Shown here in pieces: positions 19,299 to 32,400 of a DNA stretch of 64,000 bases. The notes beneath the pieces are model-generated. The model was not told the DNA's origin and did not search any database. It worked only from the letters and a program-made list of their open reading frames with translations. How positions within the stretch are numbered: position 1 is the stretch's first letter; every line of letters starts with the position of its first letter. The stretch is from the sequence record OM319461.1, one strand, 5' to 3'. Made by a program: the position numbers and the translations under genes.

Positions 19299-20420
19299 TT
19301 AATGCCATCCAGAACAGATTATGTAGTTCTTGACAGCTTGCTTATCAAGGCGAAGCAACAGACGCTCCATACAAGTCATTGGTTTGTCAGACATCGCATT
19401 GTATGGCACTGGGTACTGCGTGCTAAAGTCCGTAGAACCATAAGTAACAGTAGATGTATAAACGTTACTAAAACCAAGTTTCTTTGGTTCGTATCGATAC
19501 GTCGCATTCCAATACGTAGTAGGTAAACGATTGATCGTAGTATCAATATCATACCATGGATATGCGTTACAGTAACGTGGACGGAAGAGGTTTGCCTTTA
19601 TTGCTGCTTCAATGAAAGGTTTAAACTCTTTGTTTCCAGAACGACGCAATAACTCTAGCTGGTACTCGCTGATTGTAATACCGCCTTCTACTTCATACAT
19701 CAGAGCAGCTGGAGCTTGTACATATTCAGCAGAACGATTGCGTTTTGTTTTAGAACGCATTTTTACATAAGTCGTACGATTTACATGCACCGCACGATAC
19801 ACTTTTACTTCACGGCCGATCTTGTTGATATCATCAACGTGGAAAGAACCCATGCGGTAATGTGTATAGCGGTTAAAGTCTACCGGTGTATGGTAGTAAT
19901 GTACGTCTTGTGCAAAGCTACGTCCATAGAACGGCACGGTAATGATTGGTTTTGTAAAGACATCCGGATACATAGACGAAGCCGTTGCACCGTAACGAGC
20001 ATTGCGGTTGANCATCAATAGTCGCTGCATGCGGTTNAAGTANTCGNTNTCTTCCANNATNNCTNTTTGNTGNGGCNTCAANTCTNNTTCGATTANTGAA
20101 TCCAANCCATANGCTACNGANTTACCCATTGTNCGNCCAGCCATANNAAGCTGNATGTCNGAACGNNNCATCCCAGTATGNGCACCATAGATGCGCGGCT
20201 CTGGTTTAGGNTGNTTGATNTACCCNCCCANTGNGTCAATCTTGATNGTTTCACATGCTGNNTNCAAAGCNNCNGCCATCTTTTCTCCAAANTCNTTCGA
20301 GANNATTTCTGGTTCTTTGAGGCGNGTTGGTGCCATCAAGCTTTCTGGGAATACNACATTGTTTCTGTTCATTCGTAGATCTGNCATGATTAAANTTCCG
20401 TNTCTGTTGAGTTTAGCCAA
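19299..20420 (-). CDS. hypothetical protein
   Basis: 373-aa ORF; the N-terminus is N-rich and may be fused with 20390-20845. Confidence 0.65.
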   Translation of the reverse strand: MAKLNRXGXLIMXDLRMNRNNXVFPESLMAPXRLKEPEXXSXXFGEKMXXALXXACEXIKIDXXXGXIXXPKPEPRIYGXHTGMXRXDXQLXMAXXTMGXXVXYXLDSXIEXXLXXXQXXXXEXXXYXNRMQRLLMXNRNARYGATASSMYPDVFTKPIITVPFYGRSFAQDVHYYHTPVDFNRYTHYRMGSFHVDDINKIGREVKVYRAVHVNRTTYVKMRSKTKRNRSAEYVQAPAALMYEVEGGITISEYQLELLRRSGNKEFKPFIEAAIKANLFRPRYCNAYPWYDIDTTINRLPTTYWNATYRYEPKKLGFSNVYTSTVTYGSTDFSTQYPVPYNAMSDKPMTCMERLLLRLDKQAVKNYIICSGWH

Positions 20421-20845
20421 TTAGTAAGTTCTGTTTCACGCTCTTTGCGTTTCGCTTCTTCCTCCAGCCATGCTGGATGATCAGTTAAGATCTTGCGATC
20501 NTTTACCGTGATGTAACCTTTTGGTGCAAATGGTAAAATCTTACTTTTGCCAATACGTCGAGCTAGTAATGGATCGTAGTTGTCGTTACCGTGTTCTACC
20601 CAGTCNTTGTATACATGGATCTCTCCAGTAGACANCANGATAGGTTGNCCTTGNTGTTCNCCGATGATGCGNCAAACATANTANGTCTTAGCGTAGTCAC
20701 ACGCAAGAAACGANCACTCTTTNACAAGCACTACNTTNTGATGCTTGCGGTGNTTACGAAACCAATACANNACNGNNTCNTGGTGNTTNGCATTACGGAT
20801 GCCGTGNTACAANGCCATNCCGCCGTANTTCTGNGCCNAAGTCAA
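20390..20845 (-). CDS. hypothetical protein (N-affected)
   Basis: 151-aa ORF; boundaries uncertain. Confidence 0.45.
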   Translation of the reverse strand: MTXXQXYGXMXLXHGIRNXXHXXXXXYWFRXHRKHXXVVLXKEXSFLACDYAKXXYVXRIIXEXQXQPIXXSTGEIHVYXDWVEHGNDNYDPLLARRIGKSKILPFAPKGYITVXDRKILTDHPAWLEEEAKRKERETELTNWLNSTXTEX

Positions 20846-20853
20846 NCAGATGG

Positions 20854-21492
20854 TTAAACTTCTCTTGTGTTTTGTTTTTCAANANNTTGCGAATCTTCAT
20901 TGATCTTTTCTCTCTNNTAAATAGGTGAACTAAGNACNCGNCGTAANTGNGANGCCGANGGCATGTTCCACTGCATNATACGCNNTGGNTTTAGCTTTTT
21001 CTGNGGTANCTTTTGNAGGATATCTNGNTCNGGNACGATCTTGTTGCGTACTGCGGCTTTCTTNGCNGTNACNTTTGCAACGTCNTGTTCNACAAGATAN
21101 AGNCCNGTTCTNTCNGCNGNAAGACGATCTACTTCTTTNTANACNTTTAANNCACAAAGNGNACGCCAATTCATTTCTCGTACCTGTTGNCCACGATGGT
21201 TACCGTTGATGCGATANCAAAGCAATTCAACTTCCATGGCTCTTTTCTCNGCATTCCATTTTNCAGGATGNACNAGATAGATAGCCACGTCTGACTTGTT
21301 GATGGCATCTCTTAGTTCGAGTATCTTGTAGTAAGCGTCTGCCGGAAGAATGATTCCACTAGGACGATTACGTTTCTCTTCGATCAATTTAACCAGAGAC
21401 TCTACTGGCCATGACATATAAAGAGAAGAAGGTTTTTCAATCCAGTTCGGAGTTAACATAACTGGAAACGGTAGTGCATTGATTAGTGCCAT
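20854..21492 (-). CDS. hypothetical protein (N-affected)
   Basis: 212-aa ORF overlapping the upstream stop. Confidence 0.55.
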   Translation of the reverse strand: MALINALPFPVMLTPNWIEKPSSLYMSWPVESLVKLIEEKRNRPSGIILPADAYYKILELRDAINKSDVAIYXXHPXKWNXEKRAMEVELLXYRINGNHRXQQVREMNWRXLCXLXXXKEVDRLXXXRXXXYLXEXDVAXXXXKKAAVRNKIXXXXDIXQKXXQKKLXPXRXMQWNMXSXXXLXXXLSSPIXXREKINEDSQXXEKQNTREV

Positions 21493-22019
21493 AATTCATT
21501 CTCCATAACTTCTACGTCTACGGCATGGCCNAGTGAAACAATACTTAACTCATGATCNTCATCTAACAATACNGATGGTGCTTCATAGATACGCTCTGGT
21601 CCCCATACGTGATTGCGATAAAANACNGTACGGAAAGCAGAGATACGTACAGACATTGACTTGTCAGAATTGCAGAAAGTACGAATAGCTGCACGATCAA
21701 GTTCTTTTGNATTTCGTAATCCTGAATCCATTGCGTCAATAAAAGCATCGGCCAGTTTCCAGCCAGTAATACTAAACTCTTCAGCGATTGTATCCAAAGC
21801 ATAAAAGAACTTAGTAATCTCACCATAGTCATAATGGTCCTNTANGTCACGCAGNAGGCGNNNNGGACNNATGTCGCACATTCTCTCGAATGCTTCACTT
21901 AAAACTATTCTGTCGCCTCTCTGTGCTGATTTGACNCATGCAGTTGGCATTTCAAATCCCTGTGGCTTTANCATGACAATAANGCCATAGAAATCTGCNT
22001 GTAAAATTGCGTTGTTCAT
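21483..22019 (-). CDS. hypothetical protein
   Basis: 178-aa ORF. Confidence 0.65.
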   Translation of the reverse strand: MNNAILXADFYGXIVMXKPQGFEMPTAXVKSAQRGDRIVLSEAFERMCDXXXXRXLRDXXDHYDYGEITKFFYALDTIAEEFSITGWKLADAFIDAMDSGLRNXKELDRAAIRTFCNSDKSMSVRISAFRXXFYRNHVWGPERIYEAPXVLLDXDHELSIVSXGHAVDVEVMENELWH

Positions 22020-22050
22020 TTTGATTTACCTGGTTTCGGATAAAAAGAAT

Positions 22051-22074
22051 AAGAGGAGCCGAGAGGCCCCTCTT
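22051..22074 (-). terminator. intrinsic terminator
   Basis: aagagg-a-gcc-gaga-ggc-c-cctctt with an A-tract on its left. Confidence 0.6.
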
Positions 22075-22079
22075 GTGTT

Positions 22080-23045
22080 TTATTTTGTTAGNGANANNGC
22101 NGCNGCTGTNNTNGCGATGTCTTTTGGCACCATAGGCTCGATTCGCCATCCTGATGTAATCTCATCTGGACGATCATAGTAAGCTTTGTTCCAGTACGTC
22201 TTGTTGTCTGTTGTTTCCATTAGACGATGGTAGTGAGCACGTACGCGTTCTTCTGCTTCCAGAGGAGCAGTAATCAAAGAACCCAATTCACGCTCTAGTG
22301 CAAGGTACTGATGTACTGCGCTTTCTACTTCGTATTGTGCACGATGGAAAGGTGCATCGTCCCAACACAGATAGTCTGGTGCAAGTTCCACTAACTCTTT
22401 GAGCATGCCGTCATCATCGCCTTTATTTGGAATAAAGATAGAAGCCACGTAACCACCGGAACAGTACATGGTGGAATGAACCGGCGCTTCCATTTCATTT
22501 AGGCGAGCGACCGGCGCAGAAACATACGGATGACGAGTTAGATCAGTTGCTACACGTGTTTGCATATACTCTGGTAACAGATTATTCATCTCAGCTAAAA
22601 CAAATTGATCTGCTTTAACAATAGGACGATTAATACTCAGAGTCACCATGCCTTTACCATGGAACTTGGCATTGTAGAAACTAAACACTTTATTCATCAT
22701 CGAGCGACCACGCTGGCGTGGAGTAAACACAAGTGAATCCTTGCCGTTCAGCATAAGGAACAAAGAAGACACCATTGTTTCGTTTGCATGAAACTGAACG
22801 CCTTCTTTATTGGTAACAGAAGGGATACGCAATACTTCACGAAAGAAGTACCATGGGTTATCACGACACTCAGTAATCACACGCTCTTGTTCCGCAACAG
22901 TAAGACCTGGATCATGNGGATCGATTGCTTCGATGNTGTCATCGATTTGNTGCAAACAGAAACCCCAGTTCTTAATGCCTGTNTTNTTCAGNCCCATTGC
23001 GTATTGAAAGAATGANTTGTTGTCTGTGCAGATATTAACGTACAT
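22080..23045 (-). CDS. truncated paralogue of the phiKZ-type terminase large subunit (ATPase N-terminal region)
   Basis: GIKNWGFCL...D.HDPGLT...ECRDNPWYFFREVLRIP...PRQRGRS resembles the N-terminus of phiKZ-like terminases (EC..NPWYFFRE, PRQTGKS); only 321 aa, with no room for a nuclease domain. Confidence 0.7.
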   Translation of the reverse strand: MYVNICTDNXSFFQYAMXLXXTGIKNWGFCLXQIDDXIEAIDXHDPGLTVAEQERVITECRDNPWYFFREVLRIPSVTNKEGVQFHANETMVSSLFLMLNGKDSLVFTPRQRGRSMMNKVFSFYNAKFHGKGMVTLSINRPIVKADQFVLAEMNNLLPEYMQTRVATDLTRHPYVSAPVARLNEMEAPVHSTMYCSGGYVASIFIPNKGDDDGMLKELVELAPDYLCWDDAPFHRAQYEVESAVHQYLALERELGSLITAPLEAEERVRAHYHRLMETTDNKTYWNKAYYDRPDEITSGWRIEPMVPKDIXXTXXXXXLTK

Positions 23046-23337
23046 ATTTGTTTTCCTCTCAGGAAGTTAAAGAAGATGCCCTCGGCACCACTATTAGAAA
23101 AGACAGAGATTANTTNCCGGCGTNTNTTGCTCGACAANCCTCAAGGTCTTGGATNGANTCATGATAGCAATTATANGTTTTACCGNCGACTTTTATATCG
23201 TGGCTNTGTCTTTTCTTGCNATCTTGTGTNCTTTTTCNGATTACNAAAGGNATGNTNNTNTANGNCTTTCCANCAATNTTTACTNTGGNCATTGTATANN
23301 CTCCATGCTATGTGATTATANTGTCATAATCCACATT

Positions 23338-23367
23338 GGTAATATAGANNACAAAAAAGAATGAGAC
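23338..23367 (-). promoter_or_regulatory. phage early promoter (TATATTAC core)
   Basis: The reverse complement of ggtaatataga contains an exact TATATTAC; it overlaps the terminator at the end of the giant gene. Confidence 0.55.
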
Positions 23368-23387
23368 TGCCCGAAGGCAGNCTCATT
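23360..23387 (-). terminator. intrinsic terminator, UUCG loop
   Basis: aatgag-a-ctgcc-cgaa-ggcag-n-ctcatt just after the stop at 23401. Confidence 0.8.
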
Positions 23388-23400
23388 AAAGGTTATTAAG

Positions 23401-26400
23401 TTAACAAGNAACACCCCATTGTGGNTGTAGTGCCGCGTTACCNGCAAAGCCCGCATTCAAGTCGAAACTTGTNGGAGCTACNGTTATCTTNGGAANACAC
23501 CANCNAGAGATNTCTTGGTTCATGCNAGGTTGCTCCAGAGAACATACCTGCCATGTNTGTAACTTCAGTAAANGTCCANGTAANAGGAANTGCATTGAAC
23601 GANGNNGCATCAGCAAACATGTAAGACATGTTCGTTNCTTTACCNGTTTGCCAGAAGTCNATNCCNNTNCCAGTAAACGCNGTTGCNCCANNGAACATTT
23701 CGCTCATNTCAAGNACTTCACCAAAGCTNAACCACANCATGTCTNGATCAAACTTAGGCGCGTTCTTNAACATTGCCTTNGCNTTNGTAATCGANNCAGT
23801 CTGTAGNGATACTNCTTGGTNAAAGATNGAAGCACCTTCNAACATAGACTCTGCGTNTTNNAGTGCNTTNGTACTTGCCCAGTTTANCATCGCNCCNTTN
23901 ACNCCNTCTGCCGAGCCGTTGTTAAACGCCACTGCATCATGGAAGATNAANGANAGGTCNGTTGCCTTNGTGAACTGAAGTGANGCTACGTTTTGGTTAA
24001 ACATTGCAGCTTCACTNAACATTTCNTTNGCAGTAGTNACATTACCNACNTCGAANGGAACNNCTTGGTTGAACGATNCNGCATGACAGAACATNCCNTT
24101 CNTACTTTCAACNNCAGCTGTATTCCAAGTCAGTGGGTTNTCACTTACACCTGGAGCNGANCCNTTGTTAAACACGAGAGCTTCTTTAAAGACGCTNGNC
24201 ATACTTATCAACNTTNGCNGTATCCCANTGATTCAANTCTTGGTTAAAGACNGAAGCACCNAGGAACATAGACNTGATGTCTGTNCCGGCCTTAGCAAAG
24301 GTCATGTTAGGCAATGGTTGGTTGAANGNCGTAGCNCTCTGGAAGACCTGGGTCTGTGNNNNAGAGTTAGCAAAGTTGATAGTCAATGGATTATCACTTG
24401 CTCCCGCNNCNGANCCNTTGTTAAACGCTGTTGCNCCATTNAACATCGAACGAACCGCNCNAACNGNNGAGAAGTCNAGGTTNTTGACGTCNTGGTTAAA
24501 CGATGTAGCATTNCTNAAGAAGAAGCTTACATCAAACGCTTTAGGGAANGTCCAGTTCGTTAGTGGTTGGTTAAACGCAGTTGCTCCNNGGAATACACCT
24601 TGCATGTATCCACCTTCCACTGTACTCCANCTNCCNACAGGCTGNTTAAAGCTTGTTGCGCCAGAGAACATGTTGTAGAAGTTAGTACAACGTGACATNT
24701 CCCATGNATCAATCTTACCNTTAAACGCGGTTGCACGTTCAAAGATAGCTGCTGCNCGAGTAGGAGCNAANCCAACCCAGCTTTCNANGTCNNGGTTAAA
24801 NGCTTTCGCATCNGTAAACACACGGTCTGCNTTTTCTACTGCTGANAGATCCCAACCAGAGATNTCTTGGTTGAAGTTTGCAGTGTCTCTNAAGATACCT
24901 GCGATCGATNTCAGATGNGCAGTTGCCCANGNTGNCATGTCACTCAGGATAAAGTCTTCACCAGNCAANGCATATTCAGCCGAAGTCGAGAANGTCATGT
25001 CAGTGTANNCNGCACGACCACCACAAGGACCAGANGGAATAGAATCATCACCAGANCCATCAGGTCTGATTACAACCGCACNCCATTTAGGTTTGTACGT
25101 GTTGCTGNTGAATTTCNTCCANAGTTCTTGACCGCCNGNATTAGCCAAGCGAGCAAAGTGNGCNTTACCGATTGTTGGGTATTCTACGATNACCTCACAA
25201 GCAGNAGTTACNCCNGCNACCTCGAAGCTTCCTCCACTAGTCANTTCTAGNGCACCAACACCATTGCTATCGACTTGGTANCTAAAGCCNTTGCCAAGAA
25301 CCGCATCNTTACCATTGNCNGTCATGTCCTCAATANAGCGAACTGTTTGACCTGCTNCNGTAACNGGAACNGTCTTAGCNNNNTCNTGCCACATGCGTGA
25401 TGTNTCTTGCATGTCGAANGCCGCTAGCATGCCTGTAGTATCGATGGTTGTTGTAGGTGCTTTAGTACAGCCTGCCATGTTAGCCCAATCAGGCAATTTC
25501 GCAGGTTGAGTAGCAATAGGTGCACCAGTCGCAAACGCGGTTGGTTCAGTTGTGATGTTTGGTACACACCAACCAGAGATATCCGCATCCATACTGTTCG
25601 CACCGCCGAACATGTTGGACATGTTGGTAGCACTACTGAAGTCCCAACAATTCAATGCCTTGTTGATACTTGTGTTACGGAAGATACGTGTAAAGTCAGT
25701 GATGTTAGAAACATCCCAGTTATCTAGGCCCTTACCAGTGAATGCCATAGCAATCCAGAATAGACCCGTTAGTTTCGTTGCTGATGGTACAAGCAGTTCG
25801 CTAACGTCCGCATCGTAGATGCTACAACGATATAGCATATCTTCATAGCTATCTAATACAGGAGCCGTCATCTTGATTGGTTGGTTTAACTTAAAACATT
25901 CTGCAAACATACGTTTAACGTTTGTAGCAGTCGGTAAGTTAAGTTCCATTGGTACGCCGACATTGTCAAACTCACGACAGTAGCCAAACATCGTATTGAT
26001 GTTATCGCCGCCGATTTGTCCGATGCCATTGATGTTTTGGTTGAACACATGACAGTGACTGAACATAAATGCCGTTGCTGTTGCATTCGATAAGTCAAAC
26101 GAACTGATGTCTTGGTTAAAGGCGTTCGCGTTGTTAAACATACTCATGAAGTTTGTACCCGCAGAGGTATCAAAGCTCAATGGTTTGTCATTACCAACAG
26201 TCGAGCCGTTGTTAAACACCTTAGCTTGCAAGAACATAAAGCTGAAGTTCGTGTTCTTACTTGTGTCCCATCCACTTAGGTCTTGGTTAAAGGCCCAACA
26301 TGCACGGAACGCCGAAGACATGTTTGTTGCGTTCTTCGTATCCCAACCTGAAACATCTTGGTTAAAGACTTTACAGTAACCAAACACACCGTTCATGTCG

Positions 26401-29400
26401 ACAACATTACCTACATCCCAATTACTTACGTCTTGGTTGAAGGACTCTGCTTCATAGAACAGTTTTGCAATAGTAGTAACTTGAGACAGATCCCATGATG
26501 TTAGAGGTACACCAGATAGGCCCGCTGCCTCGCCGTTGTTAAATTTGATCGCACCTTCCAACATAGACGCTAGGCGTGCATTACCAGCAATGTTCCAACC
26601 AGAAATATCGCGGTTGAAGGCAGCTGCATCATAGAACAAGAACTCTAAGTTAGCACCATCTTGAATTGTCCAGTTCATGTTCGGGTTATCACCGTTGTTA
26701 AACACGGTAGTTGCGCGGAACATGTTACTAAACGTAGTTACGTTACTTACATCCCAGTTGCCCACATCGACGTTCATCGAGTTAGCATCATGGAAGACAC
26801 TGATCATGTTGCTTACGCCAGACACATCCCAATCAAGTACAGAGGCTTCGCCAGGAGCTTTGCCGTTGTTCCAGTTGCGTGCGCGTTGGAACATGTTCTT
26901 GATTTCAGTTACGCCAGACATATCCCAATCAGATAGGTCGCCATTGAACTGTTCTTCGTTGTAGAACAAGTAAGCCGTACTCGTTGCTTTCGTGCCGTCA
27001 TATGTAATACATTGTTTACCACCTAGTGTGTCACCGAAGCCAGAAGCCGTAACTACAATAGGACCAAATTCTTGGCCGTTACCAAATGCACGGTTATAGA
27101 ACGAAAGTCCGGCGGCATTTGCTAAGTGTGGAATGAACGTATCACCGATGTTCGGTAGAATGAACGCAATATCTGCTGCATCAGTAATAGTCGGTACTTT
27201 TAATGGGTTGCTCAATCCGATAAAGATACACCCAGTACCATTGCTGTCTACGCCGTAACGAGCGTTGCTGCCCGAGAACTCTGCGTGGTTGTCATTACCA
27301 GACAAGTCGGTAATACCACGAACAACTTGACCTGCTGCTGTAACAGGAATTGTGCGTGCCGCATCCTGGAACAACGTACTGATGTCACGTGGGTCAAACA
27401 TAGCCAACATATTGTCAGCTGTAATACCACCGCCTGTGGTACAAGCAACACCCCAGTTTGGACCTAAGCCTACAGCGTTAACCGGAGAGTTAGTATCGAA
27501 GTTTAGAGGCTCACTAGCAATGTTGTTACCAACACACCAAGGCGAGATATTTTGACTAAAGGCTGCTGCATCACGGAACATACCCACCATGTTTGTTACG
27601 TTAGATACATTCCAACATGGCATTGGTTGGTTAAATGCCAATGCGCCACGGAACATTTCTTCCATATCCAAACAGGCTTCTGGGTTCCAACCAGATACAG
27701 ATTGGTTAAATGCCTCTGCATCCATAAACATGCGCGCCATTGTCGTCACTAGAGATACGTCCCAATGAGCCAATGACTGGTTGAATACGGCTGCACCATT
27801 AAACACGTCGCTTAGATCTGTAACAGCCGCAGGTAGTGTCATGTTACCAAGTGGTTGGTTGTATGACGCTGCTCTGTACATAAAGCCAGCCATGTTTTCA
27901 ACTTTACTGAAGTCCCAAGTATCCACGACTCCATTAAAGGCAGATGCACCACCAAACATGAAGCTCATGTCAACGACATTTTCCATTGACCATGCAGAGA
28001 TAACTTGGTTGAACTTAGCTGCATCAGAGAACATACGTTCTGTTGTAGTTGCAGTTGTCATTGTCCATCCAGTAATAGCTGTGTTGAATTCAGAAGCACC
28101 ACGGAACATATCCGAGAAGTCTTCACCGACATTCGGAGCCAACGCACTCACGTTCTGATTGAAAGCAATCGCTTCACAGAACATACCATGTAAGTTTTTA
28201 CAAACAGGTAGTACGAAAGAACTTCCGAATGCCGTATTAAATGCCCATGTACCACGGAACGCTTCGGCTACAGATAGAACTGCCGAAGTATTAATGTCAA
28301 CGGTACTGTTGAACGCTACTGCATCTTTCAGAATACGTTCGATAGTCGTTAGACTTGTGGTTGTTGTCCATGTTAATGGTCGGTTGAATGTTTGTGCGCC
28401 ATGGAACATATCGTTCATGTTTAGTGCGGCACTTACATTCCATCCAGCTACCGGTTGATCGAACACGGTTGCTCCCATAAACATTTCAGAGTAGTCAGTC
28501 ACCTTATCCATAACAAGGCTAGTTACTGGTTGGTTGAACGTAGTTGCATCTTTGAACATTGCTTTCGCAGTAGTCAATTCAGCTGTATTCCAACCCACAA
28601 GGGCACTATTGTAACTTGTAGCACCAGAGAACATAGATTCCATGGTTGTTACTTTGCTTACATCCCAAGCAGAGATGTCACCTGTGAATGCCGCAGCATC
28701 CTTGAACATAAAGCTCATGTCTGTGATAGAGACTGTAACCCAATCACTAATATCTTGATTGAATGAAGTTTCACCAGAGAACGTATGCGCCAATGAAGTT
28801 GTTACTCCGTCGGTGTATTGAATACACTCGAAGCCATTAACTGTGTTACCAGAACCAGATGCAGTAATGATCATACCAGCTAGGTTATGTGTAGCAGGTT
28901 TACCCCAATACTCGATACCAGCAGGATCTGCATCACGTTCGACAAAGGTAGTACCTACCCCAGGAATCAAGAATGCAATGTCTGCATCTACTGTGATGCC
29001 GGCCACTGTAGCCAAGGTATTGTCAGCTAACTCAATGTAACCGTTTGTACCATCTACCATGTAAGTAGCCGTACCAGTAAAGACAAGGTCGTTGCCATTG
29101 CCTGAACTATCCTCTACTACTGCGACTGTTTGACCAGCTGCGGTAACAGGAGAAGTTTTCGCTACGTCTTGGAATAGATGTTCGGTACTTGCCATTAGGT
29201 ATTGACCAAGCATGTTGTCGCCTGACGCAGTACCATTAACACATACTTCACCCCAACGTGGCTTATTGCCTGCCAATGCATCTAGTGCAGAGTCTTTGGC
29301 AAAGTCAGTCGGTTCTGACGGAATAGAGTTTACACACCAACCGCCGATGTAGCGATCAAAGTCTGTTGCTCCAGAGAACATCTCAACCATTGTTGTAATT

Positions 29401-32400
29401 GATGCTGTGTTCCAACAACCGATGTTTTGGTTGAAGGCACTTGCACCTGCAAACATACCCGAAGCGATTGCGACGTTAGAAACATCCCAAGTGCCAATAG
29501 GCTGGTTGAAAGCAACTGCGTTACGGAACATGTCTTGGGTAGTTTCTGCCGCAGACATACTCAAGTTACGTAGTCCAATGTTCAAACTAGCACAATCGCG
29601 GAACAATCCAGTAAACGTAGTTACTGTAGATGTGTTCATCGTTGCGTCTACACCGCCGTTGTTTAACAGAGCACAGCCAGCGAACATTTCTGTTACGTCA
29701 GTCACACCAGTTAAGTCATAAGACAATACGGCCGCATTTAGTTTAGAACAGTCTTTGTACATACGTTCAGTTGAAGTAACACCAGAGAAGTCCGGAACAG
29801 CCAACACTGCATTCAAGTCAGTACAGCCTTCGAACATACCAGTTACTTTGGTCAACGATGACATGATAAAGGTCATTGTACCTAGAACACCAGGCGCTTT
29901 ACCATTGTTAAACTTCACAGCATCGCGGAACATGTGCGTTGTGTCAGTAACAGCATTGAAGAGAACCGTATCGATCGATTGGTTAAAGTTACTTGCACCA
30001 TCAAATGCTTCTACAGCACTGTCTTTAATCATAAAGCCAGTAATGTCACAGTTGAAGGAAGCTGCATCTTTAAATACACGCTCGAACGAAGTCAATGCCG
30101 GAGTTGCCCATGGCATTGCTGGACCTTCTGAACCACCCAATACACCGTTGTTAAATGCCGAAGCACCATTAAACGCATCGTTGATTCGTTCAACCTTAGC
30201 AGGAATCCAAGATACAATCGAGCCGTTAAAGGACGTTGCGTCTTTGAAGATTGCTTGCATGTTAGTTACTTCGCGTACATCCCAGCCACCGATGTTACAG
30301 TTAAAGCCAGAAGCACCCTCGAAAGCACTACTCATGTTTTGCACGGTTGACGTATCCCAGTTTAATACTGGGCCTGCTGTACCTGCACTTGCGCCCGAGT
30401 TAAATTCCGGAGCAAGATAGAACATACTCGCCATGTCGAACAGGACACTAAATGTCCAGTCAGATACATTGCCGTTAAAGTTCGTTGCACCACGGAACAT
30501 AAACGATGTGTTTCCACAAGACGTCAAGTCCCATCCATCTACTTTCGGATTCATTTCTGAACGTGCAAACATACCACTAGCAGTAACAACTTTGCTCATG
30601 TCAAAGCCAGTTAGATCTGGATTCCAAACACCGGTATTGGCAAACATGCTCGTTACCGAAGTAACTTTGCTTGTGTCAAAGTTGGTTAGTTCACCAGACA
30701 TTGCCTTGGCACCGTCGAACATGTTGTTCATTGTACCAGCTGCTGTTGTCGTCCAACCGGATAGGTCAGAGTTAAACAATGCTGCACCTTGGAATGTTCC
30801 GTTAAAGTCAATAACCTTACTTACATCCCATGTCGAAACATCAGCTGTGCCTTCTGAATTCTTAAAGGTATCTTTAAGAGAAACCACATCAGCAGTATTC
30901 CATGTTGATAGATCTGCTTTGATTGCTTTCGTATCTTCAAATAGATGCGCTAGGTTAGTAACTGTTACACCAGAGAATGCCGTACACTCTGCACCAGTAA
31001 TCGTATCACCAGCGGCTTCTGTTGTGTACAGAATCTGAGAAACAACCAACTGCTCAGCTTTACCCCAGAATTCACCGTTACCAGATGTATCTTCGATTGT
31101 AACTACAGCCGAACCTACCGATGGGATTGTGAAGCCCACATCAAATCGATTCATACCGATAGTTGCTACTTGAAGACTTACTGTAGACGGTACGATCAAG
31201 TAATGTAAACCATTGGTGTCTTTCTTAAGTGTTGCAGTACCGCCAACAAACACACCGTGATTACCATTGCCTGACATGTCTTCTAGAGCTGCTACAGCAC
31301 CGTCAACGACTGCCGGAGTAGTACGTGACGCATCAGAGAACAAACCTTGTCCATCGACAATCGGGAAGACTGCCTGAGTATCTGCCGAACCTAGAGAACC
31401 AGGTAGACATGTACCCCATGGTGGAAGTTGTCCTGCTGTTAAGCCAGAGTTTGTCGAGAACCCTGATGGCGTTGAACTGATCTTAGGTACACACCAGCCA
31501 GACAGAGATTGACTAAAGCTAGTAGCGCCTTCGAACATAATGTCCATCCGGAATGCTTCTGGTGTTTTCCAACAAGTCAATGGTTGGTTAAACAGTTTCG
31601 CATTTTGGAACATGTTGTTCATGCGTTCTGCACTAGTCACATTCCAACTGCCAACCGGGGAGTTGAATGCTTCGGCATCAGTGAACATGAAATCAAAGCG
31701 CTTAACGTTTCCAACATTCCATGTTAACGGATTGCTATTGTCACCAACTGCTGCACCGTTATTGAACATTGTTGCTTCTTTGAACATATGGTTCATACCA
31801 ACAACGTTGCTCAAGTCCCAAGCATTTAGGTTCTGGTTAAACGCAGTGTTCATTGAGAACATGTAGTCAGTTGCAGTAACGTTAGACATATCCCACGCAG
31901 AGATATCGTGGTTCCATGTACTTAAGCCGAACATAGATTCAGTAGTTTCGAACGACGTGGTTACCCACTTGTCCAAAGGCTGATTAAACGCGGTAGCTTC
32001 GTAGAACATACCACCTGGGTTGGTGATAGTAGAAACATCCCATGCGTTCAGTGGTTGGTTGAATGCCGTTGCTGCCGTAAACATGTAGCTCGCATCTAGC
32101 ACGCCATTCATGTCCCAGCTACTGATGTCTTGGTTAAATACTTTCGCGTACGAGAACATGTAACTTGTATCAGTTGCTTCGGTAGTCTTCCAGTTACTTA
32201 GATCTTGGTTGAATGCCTCTGTGGATTCAAACATGAAACTAAAGACTTGTACTTTGCTTACATCCCAGTTGTTTAGCGGCTGGTTAAAGTTCGTACAGTT
32301 TGAGAACATACCAGAGATCGATGTTGCCGAACTCATGTCCCACATGTCTAAAGGCTGATTGAAGTTTGAACAGTTAACAAACATCCAATCAAATGTTTCA

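Noticed and set aside
24186-24211. Stop at 24186 as the true end of the giant protein
   Set aside because: Repeat register continues after removing one base inside an N-rich patch, and the usual cap motif appears only at 23401.
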